Origin: Candidatus Thorarchaeota archaeon
GTDB lineage: Archaea > Asgardarchaeota > Thorarchaeia > Thorarchaeales > Thorarchaeaceae
Assembly: GCA_020348985.1 (NCBI GenBank)
Contig: CP070761.1
Location: 1,273,747 to 1,337,746, forward strand
Direction: 5' to 3'
Length of the DNA: 64,000 bases
The notes below the pieces were generated by a model, which worked only from the letters and a program-made list of their open reading frames with translations, was not told the origin of the DNA and ran no database searches. Every line of letters starts with the position of its first letter. Within the stretch, counting starts at the first letter, position 1. Positions 40,162 to 48,142 of the stretch are shown here, piece after piece. The position numbers and the translations under genes are program-made.

Positions 40162-41344
40162 GTAGTTCGTTCATTGCTATTAGGCCACTCTTGATGTCAG
40201 GGTCGCTCATGCCTTCAGTCTCGGATGTTGCAGCTGATAGTAGAAGCAGCAATGAGATGAGTCGAGGAACAAGTCTTGAGTAGCGGAGAAGGAAATCTCT
40301 GTTACCAGTTGAGTCAACTATGAGAGATTCGAGTCTTCTGGATATCAAACCGAGACGCTCATCAACGCCTTCTGCCGGGTTCATACGTCTGAAGAGAGCG
40401 AGAACAGAGGCCTCATCCTGTAGGTTGCCCGCAGAGATTCCCATAGATTCGAGCTGCTCCAACGCTTCTGATGTCAGTGGTGTGTAGTGTTCTTCTTCTA
40501 CTCTATCAAGTCCTTGTTTCGCCGCTTGGAGCTGGACTAGGAACCGAAGCGAGTTGGTCAAAACCATTCGAAAAGAACCTGGAACCGTTGCAACCAACTT
40601 TGATAGAGCTTCCCCATTTACTCGTTCCAGGCGAGCAGCTAGTGAGGATTCCAATAGACTCTCAAAACCAGGTGAGAAAGCCACTTCGGCAATCTGTGGA
40701 AGACGAGTGTTCGTGGCGAATCTTCTGATCGCAATCAACGCCTTGTAGTCTGAGGGGGGTATGTAGAAGAGAAGAATCCGAACTATGTCGTATGCTGACT
40801 CGAAATCACCCTCGGTAGTGGAATTCCGTCCTTGATTTCTGCAGAGCAATCCGCTCACTAGTGCCCAGGCTGCGACCACGATTTCGCAGAGCTGGGCAAT
40901 CTCTTCGGAACTGCCGGCCTGCTGATCCTCCAAGAATTGAGATAGCCGTTCAACTCCTGCCGAAATGCGGCTGAGTGTATCCCCCCCAACTTGAACATTC
41001 GAGAGTGAAAGGATGAATTCTCTTGGATCGTGAGAGGCAGGTCTAATCGCAAAGGAAGGATTCTCTCTTGTCATTGTCCACCACTTGGTGGTTGACGCGA
41101 AGTAATCCAGAATGTCTATTGCAGTTGTGAGATCATTGAGGTCAGCGGCTGTTCTAGAGTCAAGAAAAGCCATCATTTTGGTAAGAAGACTTACAAAACG
41201 GGATAGATGAGCGGCTAATGGCTGTCCAGCATAGATGTGATCGGAATAACGGCCAATGACTGTCTCTGCTTGCCTTCCAGCGTCCTCACTAATCTGTGTC
41301 TGGATGAGTCCTCGGTAGACATCTATCGGCTTTCTGGACAACAC
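40151..41344 (-). CDS. Hypothetical all-alpha protein with four ~95-aa repeats
   Basis: Long ORF with GGAGA-type RBS; repeated helix-loop-D-helix pattern (see findings). Confidence 0.75.
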   Translation of the reverse strand: MLSRKPIDVYRGLIQTQISEDAGRQAETVIGRYSDHIYAGQPLAAHLSRFVSLLTKMMAFLDSRTAADLNDLTTAIDILDYFASTTKWWTMTRENPSFAIRPASHDPREFILSLSNVQVGGDTLSRISAGVERLSQFLEDQQAGSSEEIAQLCEIVVAAWALVSGLLCRNQGRNSTTEGDFESAYDIVRILLFYIPPSDYKALIAIRRFATNTRLPQIAEVAFSPGFESLLESSLAARLERVNGEALSKLVATVPGSFRMVLTNSLRFLVQLQAAKQGLDRVEEEHYTPLTSEALEQLESMGISAGNLQDEASVLALFRRMNPAEGVDERLGLISRRLESLIVDSTGNRDFLLRYSRLVPRLISLLLLLSAATSETEGMSDPDIKSGLIAMNELLSD

Positions 41345-41458
41345 CTGTCTCTCCTACATGACTGATCCCGCATTGCATAATGCCTGGTTGGTTCTTGCAG
41401 GATGGTCTTTTAGAACTGACAATATAAACCAGTGTCACACCGTTTCTACAAGGGTGCC

Positions 41459-42226
41459 TCAGCTTCCAAAACGCCGAGACCTTCGTTCGTAGGAACGCAG
41501 GGCACGCCAAATGTCAATCCTTCTGACTGCAGGCCAATAAATCTGGGCAAAGTAGAGTTCAGAGTATGCAGACTGCCAGAGGAGAAAGCCCGAGAGGCGC
41601 TCTTCGCCAGATGTTCGAATGATGAGATCTGGATCAGGAGTACCATTAGTGTATAGATGTCGTTCGATTATCTGCTCATCTATCTGTTTAGGGTTTAATT
41701 GCCCGTTTGACACTTTTTGTCCTATCGCACGAACTGCATCTACAAGTTCGGTTCTTCCTGAATACCCGATTGCCACATTTAGGATGTGCTCTTCATAGCC
41801 TCCAGTCTCAGCCTCTGCAGCAGCAATTGCTTCTTGTACGTCCTTTGGGAGCAAGTCCACTCTTCCAATAGCCCTTATTCTCACTCTGTGTCGGTGGACG
41901 TCAGGATTGTCAACAACTTCAGAGAACTTCTCTTTGGCGATCCCCATGATTTCCCGCACTTCATCTTCGTTTCGCTGAAAGTTCTCAATGGAGAAAGCGT
42001 AGAGAGTGCACACCTTAACGCCGGCCTCCCAGAGTATACGGAGGACTTCCATGACCTTCTGTGCGCCCCTATGGTGCCCAAACCACGGCGAGTCAGCACC
42101 GTGCTCGCGAGCGTAACGTCGGTTCCCATCAAGTACAAGTCCAACATGTCGCGGGGCATTGTCTTTGTTCAGTTGCCTGAAGAGCCACCACTCGTATAAC
42201 CTGTACACAGGTCCAGCGAAGTTCAA
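41459..42226 (-). CDS. uppS: cis-prenyltransferase (polyprenyl diphosphate synthase)
   Basis: LDGNRRYA, YAFSIENF.R, RTSGEERLSGFLLWQ, RRFG. Confidence 0.95.
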   Translation of the reverse strand: MNFAGPVYRLYEWWLFRQLNKDNAPRHVGLVLDGNRRYAREHGADSPWFGHHRGAQKVMEVLRILWEAGVKVCTLYAFSIENFQRNEDEVREIMGIAKEKFSEVVDNPDVHRHRVRIRAIGRVDLLPKDVQEAIAAAEAETGGYEEHILNVAIGYSGRTELVDAVRAIGQKVSNGQLNPKQIDEQIIERHLYTNGTPDPDLIIRTSGEERLSGFLLWQSAYSELYFAQIYWPAVRRIDIWRALRSYERRSRRFGS

Positions 42227-42309
42227 TCTCTCACACGTTCTCCTATATCATCGTCTACTTGGTTTGACATTTAGGCTTGCTGAATGATGGACAACTGAAC
42301 GGTACAAGA

Positions 42310-42681
42310 CTAGATCAGTTTCGCTATCTTATCAGCAGCGCGTTTCATGTCCAAGAATATGAGTCCAAGCTTTGCATTGGCCGTTGTTGACACGGTGATA
42401 CAGGCATTCATTCCTGCCTGTACAACGATTAGCCAACCGTCGGCGCCCTTTACATTCACCTGCTCAAGGTTCCCTTTGCCGAGCTCTATAGCTGCCTTCT
42501 CTCCAAGAGTCAACATGGCCGCAGTCATCGCAGCGACCTTTGCTTCATCGACATCTGTCGGCAGGGCAGATACAATTGGAAGTCCCTCAACGCTGACTAT
42601 TGCAGCGGCCTCAATCTCAGGTATACTTCCCTGGAGTTCGTTCAGAACGCCTTCAAGTGTGTCTCCACGGGTCTCGGACAT
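42310..42681 (-). CDS. Roadblock/LC7 (MglB-like) protein
   Basis: IEAAAIVSVEGLPIVS, VAAMTAAML.LG, AKLGLI. Confidence 0.92.
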   Translation of the reverse strand: MSETRGDTLEGVLNELQGSIPEIEAAAIVSVEGLPIVSALPTDVDEAKVAAMTAAMLTLGEKAAIELGKGNLEQVNVKGADGWLIVVQAGMNACITVSTTANAKLGLIFLDMKRAADKIAKLI

Positions 42682-42691
42682 CAGGCCTCAC

Positions 42692-43255
42692 CTACTTGTA
42701 CATTCTTTTTAGGATTACCTCTCGCGCTATGGCTTGAAAGGCTCGTTTTACTCCCACACCTTGAACAGCTATTGTCTCATAAATGGGAACATTGCCTCCA
42801 AGGCCGAGAAGATCTAGCATTTCATCGCGCGACATCCTGTTAGGCAAGTCACGCTTGTTGAGCATGACCACGATTGGAATCTCTCGCCCAAGGGCGTCAC
42901 CCAAAAAGAGCTTGAGCTCCTCAAAGCTTTCGGTATTCTCTTCTCGCTGATCTGGAGAGGAATCTGCAACGAAGAGAATCCCGTCAGTTCCCTGAAGCAC
43001 TACTTTCCTCTGGTGCCTGTGCCTCTTCTGACCAGCTACTGTGAAGACATCAAAGAGCACTCGACCCCCGGCGCTCATTGGAACATAGTCAAAGAACAGC
43101 GTACGGTTGGTTTCGTCCTCGATAGCCGTGAATTCTCCTTTCTGTAGTCCCTCAACCTTTCCGTACAGCCAGCGGAGTGCAGTGGTCTTGCCGCCTAATG
43201 AGGGTCCGTAGAAGACTAGCTTCAGATGGATTCGTCCCTTGTCATCTTTCCTCAA
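42692..43255 (-). CDS. MglA-type small GTPase
   Basis: KLVFYGPSLGGKTT, RTLFFD, TVAGQ, ILFVADS, NKRD. Confidence 0.92.
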   Translation of the reverse strand: MRKDDKGRIHLKLVFYGPSLGGKTTALRWLYGKVEGLQKGEFTAIEDETNRTLFFDYVPMSAGGRVLFDVFTVAGQKRHRHQRKVVLQGTDGILFVADSSPDQREENTESFEELKLFLGDALGREIPIVVMLNKRDLPNRMSRDEMLDLLGLGGNVPIYETIAVQGVGVKRAFQAIAREVILKRMYK

Positions 43256-43384
43256 TACTGCACCTCATTGTGTCGTTGCTGTTCGAATTCATTACGGAAT
43301 GAGCCAAAACCTAGGCTCCACTCCCGGAGGCAAGCAGTTTAGGATTTCAGTCCAATAAAAGCCTTTGTGGAATGGGAAGTGTGT

Positions 43385-43612
43385 TCAGAGGTCTGAGACG
43401 GCTGCGGCGCAAGTTCTCTTAATGAGAAAGACTAGGTGGATTCTCAGAGAGAGCATCTTTTGGGCAGCGCCTCGAACAATCGGTCTCTTGCTGTTGATCC
43501 TCAGTTCCATTCTGTAGTGATCAAGTGATCTTTGTCTCGCAAGCATTGCCTCAGTGTCGTTGAAGCTCTCTGTATCGCCAGTGCTTGATCGCAAGTAGAC
43601 CACATTGGTCAT
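43385..43612 (-). CDS. Possible small hypothetical protein
   Basis: 75-aa ORF divergent from the microprotein operon; no recognisable motif. Confidence 0.3.
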   Translation of the reverse strand: MTNVVYLRSSTGDTESFNDTEAMLARQRSLDHYRMELRINSKRPIVRGAAQKMLSLRIHLVFLIKRTCAAAVSDL

Positions 43613-43663
43613 GAATCTTATGGAAGTGTTTGTAAATTACGTTAAGAGTTAAGCTTGAATTAA

Positions 43664-43728
43664 AAACAAAAAATATTTAAGATGTCAGATGTAATACTAT
43701 TAGCATGCGAGGGAGGAAACTTCGCATG
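43664..43728 (+). promoter_or_regulatory. BRE/TATA promoter and 5' hairpin of the microprotein operon
   Basis: A-rich run then TATTTAAG (43674-43681); stem CATGCGAGG/CTTCGCATG (43704-43728) starts about 23 nt downstream. Confidence 0.6.
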
Positions 43729-43744
43729 AAGAGAAGGTGTTTGC

Positions 43745-43852
43745 GTGACAAACTCGGAAGAAAAACTAACCTCCCGATGGAAGGAGATGAATAGGCGTCT
43801 CAAGACGAGTGAGAGCCTATACTTGGACTTCAAGGAAGGAGGTGAGCAGTAG
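43745..43852 (+). CDS. Microprotein A (35 aa) MTNSEEKLTSRWKEMNRRLKTSESLYLDFKEGGEQ
   Basis: GAAGGTG RBS; stop overlaps the next GTG (TAGTG). Confidence 0.5.
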   Translation: MTNSEEKLTSRWKEMNRRLKTSESLYLDFKEGGEQ

Positions 43853-43962
43853 TGGCTCTAGCCAAGGACGCTAAGGAAGCGTCAAACGAGAAGATGAAGA
43901 AAGTGGCCAAGGTTCAGTCGACCGAGGCTCTAGCAAATGCATACCTGTACAAAAGAAGGTAG
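43852..43962 (+). CDS. Microprotein B (36 aa) MALAKDAKEASNEKMKKVAKVQSTEALANAYLYKRR
   Basis: GGAGGTG 7 nt upstream of GTG; similar to microprotein C. Confidence 0.7.
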   Translation: MALAKDAKEASNEKMKKVAKVQSTEALANAYLYKRR

Positions 43963-43980
43963 TAACGGAGGTGCATAAAA

Positions 43981-44076
43981 CTGGCAATTGCAAAGAACAA
44001 GAAGATAAAGCGACGCAATGCCAACCGTAGAGAAATCTCTACGAGGGCCATTGCTGACGCTTATTTCCGAAATTGA
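43981..44076 (+). CDS. Microprotein C (31 aa, CTG start) MAIAKNKKIKRRNANRREISTRAIADAYFRN
   Basis: GGAGGTG 7 nt upstream of CTG; shares MA(L/I)AK...ST.A(L/I)A.AY with B. Confidence 0.65.
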   Translation: MAIAKNKKIKRRNANRREISTRAIADAYFRN

Positions 44077-44092
44077 TCATAGGTAGATCAGG

Positions 44093-44221
44093 ATGGCTAA
44101 CATAGGCACAATGATTTCAGAGAACCTTGCCAATCAAAGGAGCCCTGAGCAAGGCAAGAATCATCAAGTTTTCTTCGACAAGTGTGCTCGTGTTGGCGAC
44201 AATATGAGCACACCCTTCTGA
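44093..44221 (+). CDS. Possible microprotein D (42 aa)
   Basis: ATG 16 nt after the stop of C, weak AGGT RBS; no similarity to B or C. Confidence 0.25.
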   Translation: MANIGTMISENLANQRSPEQGKNHQVFFDKCARVGDNMSTPF

Positions 44222-44725
44222 CATCTACACAGAGCTTGTTTTCGTCAAGGTGTCAACCTTGATTCTCATTCTTGTCTTCGTAACGCCTGGTGCTAGAGGG
44301 GTCAACAACAGTTGACTTAATTCTGCTTGGGAGAGAAAAAGCATACGAGATTTGCTGGAAGACTTTTCCAAAGGCATAGAACCTAACTTCATTCTGTAGT
44401 TCATCTCGGGCCTATTCTTGGGAAGAACTGTAAGGACGAATATCTGGATCAGTGCTCCGAAGTGATTGGCAACAGGCATCCTCACACCCACTGTCTTGAT
44501 TGCAATCTCATACCTCATGGGCTACTAGAGTGAGAGAAAATGAAACTGGGACATCCAAGTACATGATTAGAACTGCTGCCTAGTTTAGCCACCTTCACAT
44601 TGACCAGAGTTATTATGATTAACATACCCGGATTCAAATCACTAATGGAATATACAAAATATCAAACGAATAATGAAAAACCTTAAGTTGCGCTTGAGCA
44701 GCGCACTTCAGAGTCAAGGGCAGAG

Positions 44726-44809
44726 ATGAAGACAAAGCCCAAATCTGGACCAAGAGGCCAAAGAATCACTGAAGACATTTACGTCTTACTCAACAGTTCT
44801 TTCCGATAG
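44726..44809 (+). CDS. Possible microprotein E (27 aa) MKTKPKSGPRGQRITEDIYVLLNSSFR
   Basis: Preceded by BRE/TATA-like GAAAAACCTTAAG and a TGCGCT-N5-AGCGCA palindrome. Confidence 0.4.
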   Translation: MKTKPKSGPRGQRITEDIYVLLNSSFR

Positions 44810-44959
44810 CTGTGTTCTTTACATCAAACATTAACAGCGGAGGAATTTCATGAATCCAAGGTACAATAATGCTGATTGTTTCTTAAGCCGCGATTCATGA
44901 GAAGGCCTGATTGCTTGTCCAGTCTCGTGAATTCATAGTTTCCGAGAGGCAGATTACAC

Positions 44960-46762
44960 ATGTTGGAGAAAGAAGTGAGAAACCAAAGAATAAGATTGTA
45001 CACGCTAGCAGCGTTGGTCGGAGTAATATCTGGTGTGACAGCCATTGCTTTCAGAGGACTCATTTTGGTTGTGAGCCTAGTTTTCGTATCTCTGCCTGTG
45101 TATCTTGGATCCTGGGGGTGGCTTATCGCGCCAGCTATTGGTGGACTTCTAGTGTCAATAATTGTGAAACGATTCGCACACGAGGCAAAGGGACATGGGG
45201 TTCCCGAACTCATCGATGCCTATGCACTTCGTGGAGGAATGATACGGGCCAGGGTTCCTCTTTTGAAGAGTCTAGCCTCAGCCATCTGCATAGGATCTGG
45301 TGGATCCTGTGGACGGGAGGGGCCCATAGCACAGATTGGTGGTGGTGCGGGCTCTGCTCTAGCCAGTTTCCTTGGACTTAATCGCAGGATGACAAAGACA
45401 CTTCTTGTATGCGGAACAGCGTCAGGGATTGCAGCAACCTTCAACGCCCCACTAGGAGGAGCCCTCTTTGGGATTGAAATTGTGGCTGGAGGAATCGCAG
45501 GGTTCCCTATAGTTCCTATAATCTTGTCCTCCGTGATCGCAACTGCACTGGCCGATGCCGTTCTTGGTACACAGCCATCATTTCAGGCGCCTTTGTTCTA
45601 TCTTGACAATTACATGGAGCTGGCATTCTATTTGACATTGGGCCTGATTCTTGGGATAATGAGTGTTCTTTGGTCACGGGGTTTCTACCAAATAGAAGAT
45701 ATATTGGAGAGAATGAAGGGCTCGAAACATGCGCTCACTGCTTTTGGTGGACTTCTGGTTGGCGCATTGGCACTGTTGGCTCTCAACATTGAGGCCGCAT
45801 TCGGATACACAGGGGTCATGAAACCAGGAGAACCATACTTCCCAGCTATCATGGGGGTAGGGTATGCCTTTGTGGATGCCACTTTGCTTGGACTGGTCGG
45901 AGTCAGTGTTCTTGTTATGTTTGGTCTACTGAAGTTCTTTGCCACATCAATCACTCTAGGCTCTGGAGGGTCTGGAGGCGTCTTCGCGCCGACACTCTTC
46001 ATAGGTGCGGCATTTGGAGGAGCGTTTGGTCTTGTCATAAACATTGCATTCCCAGAAATCGTTTCTCAGCCAATGGCTTATGCCTTGGTGGGTATGGCAG
46101 CTCTGTTTGCAGGTTCGGGCAGGGCTCCAATAACATGCATCGTGATGCTCATGGAAATGACAAACGACTACTCACTGATACTTCCACTCATGGCTGCAGT
46201 CTCTATGTCGTATCTTGTTTCTTCTTCAATTGAGGTTGAGAGTATCTACACTTTGAAACTGGCTCGTAGAGGCATCGACATCAAACGAAGTCAATACGTG
46301 GGGGCTTTGAGGGAAGTGAAGGCATCTCAAGTGATGACTGCTAGCCCCACAATTCTGAAACCTGACATGACAGTTCCGCAAGTTCTGAGAATAGTGGATG
46401 ATACCCATCATACCAAGTTTCCTGTAGTAGATTCTGACAACAAGATAGTTGGCACATTGATCACAGAGAACTTATTCGGTGGGCCTGAGGGAGGCTGCCC
46501 GGAGTGTCTAGTGCGGGACTTGATGAACGTAGAGGTTCTGATAGTCAGTTCTGAAGCTACAATGGACAGCGTTCTACACGGGATGCTAGAACGAGACGAA
46601 GGGCATGCTGTTGTGGTCGATCCTTTGAAACCAGAGAGGATGATAGGTTTTCTGACGAAGGCCGATGTTCTCAGTGCCTATGAGCTAGCCATTCTAAGGC
46701 TGAGGGAGGACGGAGAAGATGTTCATGAGATTGATCCACTGGACATGATTGCTTTCAGATAG
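44960..46762 (+). CDS. ClC chloride channel/antiporter with C-terminal CBS pair
   Basis: GHGVP, GREGP, FNAPLGG..F..E, GVFAP, ESIY; CBS domains. Confidence 0.93.
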   Translation: MLEKEVRNQRIRLYTLAALVGVISGVTAIAFRGLILVVSLVFVSLPVYLGSWGWLIAPAIGGLLVSIIVKRFAHEAKGHGVPELIDAYALRGGMIRARVPLLKSLASAICIGSGGSCGREGPIAQIGGGAGSALASFLGLNRRMTKTLLVCGTASGIAATFNAPLGGALFGIEIVAGGIAGFPIVPIILSSVIATALADAVLGTQPSFQAPLFYLDNYMELAFYLTLGLILGIMSVLWSRGFYQIEDILERMKGSKHALTAFGGLLVGALALLALNIEAAFGYTGVMKPGEPYFPAIMGVGYAFVDATLLGLVGVSVLVMFGLLKFFATSITLGSGGSGGVFAPTLFIGAAFGGAFGLVINIAFPEIVSQPMAYALVGMAALFAGSGRAPITCIVMLMEMTNDYSLILPLMAAVSMSYLVSSSIEVESIYTLKLARRGIDIKRSQYVGALREVKASQVMTASPTILKPDMTVPQVLRIVDDTHHTKFPVVDSDNKIVGTLITENLFGGPEGGCPECLVRDLMNVEVLIVSSEATMDSVLHGMLERDEGHAVVVDPLKPERMIGFLTKADVLSAYELAILRLREDGEDVHEIDPLDMIAFR

Positions 46763-46880
46763 ATCTCCTGACGAAGACTAGGAAAGTGGGTTCTGGTGGG
46801 AGTCTGAATGATTACTGGTGTTGCATCTGCATCCATGACCAGATTCAATAGCGTATCCGAGTTAACCATAGTGAACCAGA

Positions 46881-47114
46881 TTGCAGGTATTGGCATATGT
46901 ACACACTGACAAAAAGGATTCTAGATGGAAACCCCGGAACTACAATCATGTAAAGGGACTGATTTCCAGCTATTTGGTCAATGTCGATTCTTCAGAGAGG
47001 ACCGGAGAGGTGTTTTTCTTCGATACGAGAGAGAACCTCGATGCCTTCAAAAACTCCAAACTGGGGAAGAGCATTGGAAAAGCTTTGGAGCTTGTTCAGC
47101 TCGAATTCGAGTGA
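46881..47114 (+). CDS. Small dimeric alpha-beta-barrel-like (YdhR-like) protein, tentative
   Basis: VKGLISSY...GEVFFFDTRENLDAF..S pattern. Confidence 0.45.
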   Translation: MQVLAYVHTDKKDSRWKPRNYNHVKGLISSYLVNVDSSERTGEVFFFDTRENLDAFKNSKLGKSIGKALELVQLEFE

Positions 47115-47180
47115 TTGGTATTTTTGCGAAACTGAGAACCCACTATGGGCTAGTTACTACGGATGGAAGTTTTAGTCTGT

Positions 47181-47654
47181 CTACACTCTTTCAAGCTCAG
47201 CCAGTGCAGACTTGAGATCTTCTTCGTCAAGCTCATCCTTGGTTGGCGCAGTTGGTTCTACTGCTAGGAATTTGTTGAGCTCATCAGCTAGCTGCACGCC
47301 CTGCTTCTTCATGACAAGTCGGATGAGACCGATGTTTACCTCAGGACCGGAAACGACACAGAGGACTCCCTTTCCACAGGCTGATGCGAAGATCTTACCT
47401 TCCGAAAACTCTGATGTGACAATCTCAAGTTCACCGATCTGAAGGTTCTTCCCCTGCTCTTCACTCGCACAGAAGACCGCGCTTGCGATTGCACCTATGG
47501 AATCCACGTCCACGGGGTAGTATGAGAGCTTGCTCACGTTGGCAATTGTAAGTCCGGTTTTGTCAACCAGTATGACCTTTGAGATTCCCTTGTCTTGACG
47601 GATTATCTCTGTTAGGATTCTGTCGAAAGCTTTTGGATCGCTCATTGATTCCAC
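47181..47654 (-). CDS. Roadblock/LC7 protein with acidic C-terminal tail
   Basis: VILVDKTGLTIA, IGAIASAVF, VNIGLIR; tail ELDEEDLKSALAELE. Confidence 0.88.
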   Translation of the reverse strand: MESMSDPKAFDRILTEIIRQDKGISKVILVDKTGLTIANVSKLSYYPVDVDSIGAIASAVFCASEEQGKNLQIGELEIVTSEFSEGKIFASACGKGVLCVVSGPEVNIGLIRLVMKKQGVQLADELNKFLAVEPTAPTKDELDEEDLKSALAELERV

Positions 47655-47655
47655 C

Positions 47656-47949
47656 TCATTTCTTGAGGACCACCAGTATTAGTCCTTCACCTGGTTCAGG
47701 TGCGATGTTAATCTCGCCCTTTTCAGTGTCGAGAGTAAGGAACGAGAGCTTGCCCTCGTCTAGTTCGTCGACAGCATCAAGGGCTTTGCCTACAAGCGAC
47801 GTTATGATTGCAGCGACGTTCTCGGTTGTATCTGGGTCCAAGTCACTGCTCAGAGGTAGTCCTTCCATGGTAGTGACAACCACGCCACGGACGCCCTCCT
47901 GGGATTTTAGCTGTGCAATGACTGTATCAAGTTTCTCTTGACTTATCAA
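47656..47949 (-). CDS. Roadblock/LC7 protein
   Basis: GVRGVVVTTMEGLPLSS, VAAIITSL, LILVVLK; TTG start inferred. Confidence 0.88.
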   Translation of the reverse strand: MISQEKLDTVIAQLKSQEGVRGVVVTTMEGLPLSSDLDPDTTENVAAIITSLVGKALDAVDELDEGKLSFLTLDTEKGEINIAPEPGEGLILVVLKK

Positions 47950-48048
47950 TATCTGGAAGCCCCACTGCATCAATTGTGCATTTCGTAGTCTGTACCCCAA
48001 TCTTGGGTATTTCAGACTTGTGGTTACGTGTACCGTCTTGAGTGCGTG

Positions 48049-48087
48049 TTTTGCGCAAAATGATATAACCTTGTATTACTTTGCGCA
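48049..48087. promoter_or_regulatory. TTTGCGCA sites flanking the TATA box of the roadblock operon
   Basis: Perfect palindrome TTTTGCGCAAAA 48049-48060, minus-strand TTATAT at about 48063-48068, second TTTGCGCA at 48080-48087. Confidence 0.5.
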
Positions 48088-48096
48088 CTACTTCCG

Positions 48097-48134
48097 AAAT
48101 AAAAAGATGTGACGAGGCTTGCTGTCCTCGTCAC
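48097..48134 (-). terminator. Hairpin plus T-tract terminator after the Sec23/24-like gene
   Basis: 9-bp GTGACGAGG/CCTCGTCAC stem followed on the minus strand by CTTTTTATTT. Confidence 0.7.
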
Positions 48135-48142
48135 CTAAACCT

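Noticed and set aside
44225-44565. 97-aa minus ORF and an alternative frame with in-frame TGA (…HEV*DCNQDSGCEDACC…) as a possible selenoprotein
   Set aside because: No known selenoprotein similarity, no UxxC/CxxU motif and no SECIS-like element seen.
46765-46830. Weak C/D-like boxes after the ClC gene
   Set aside because: Degenerate boxes, no terminal stem, no recognisable guide.
43256-47180. Mobile-element origin for the insert between the roadblock genes and the GTPase
   Set aside because: No transposase, integrase, terminal repeats or target duplication seen; the GTPase has its own TATA-like box.
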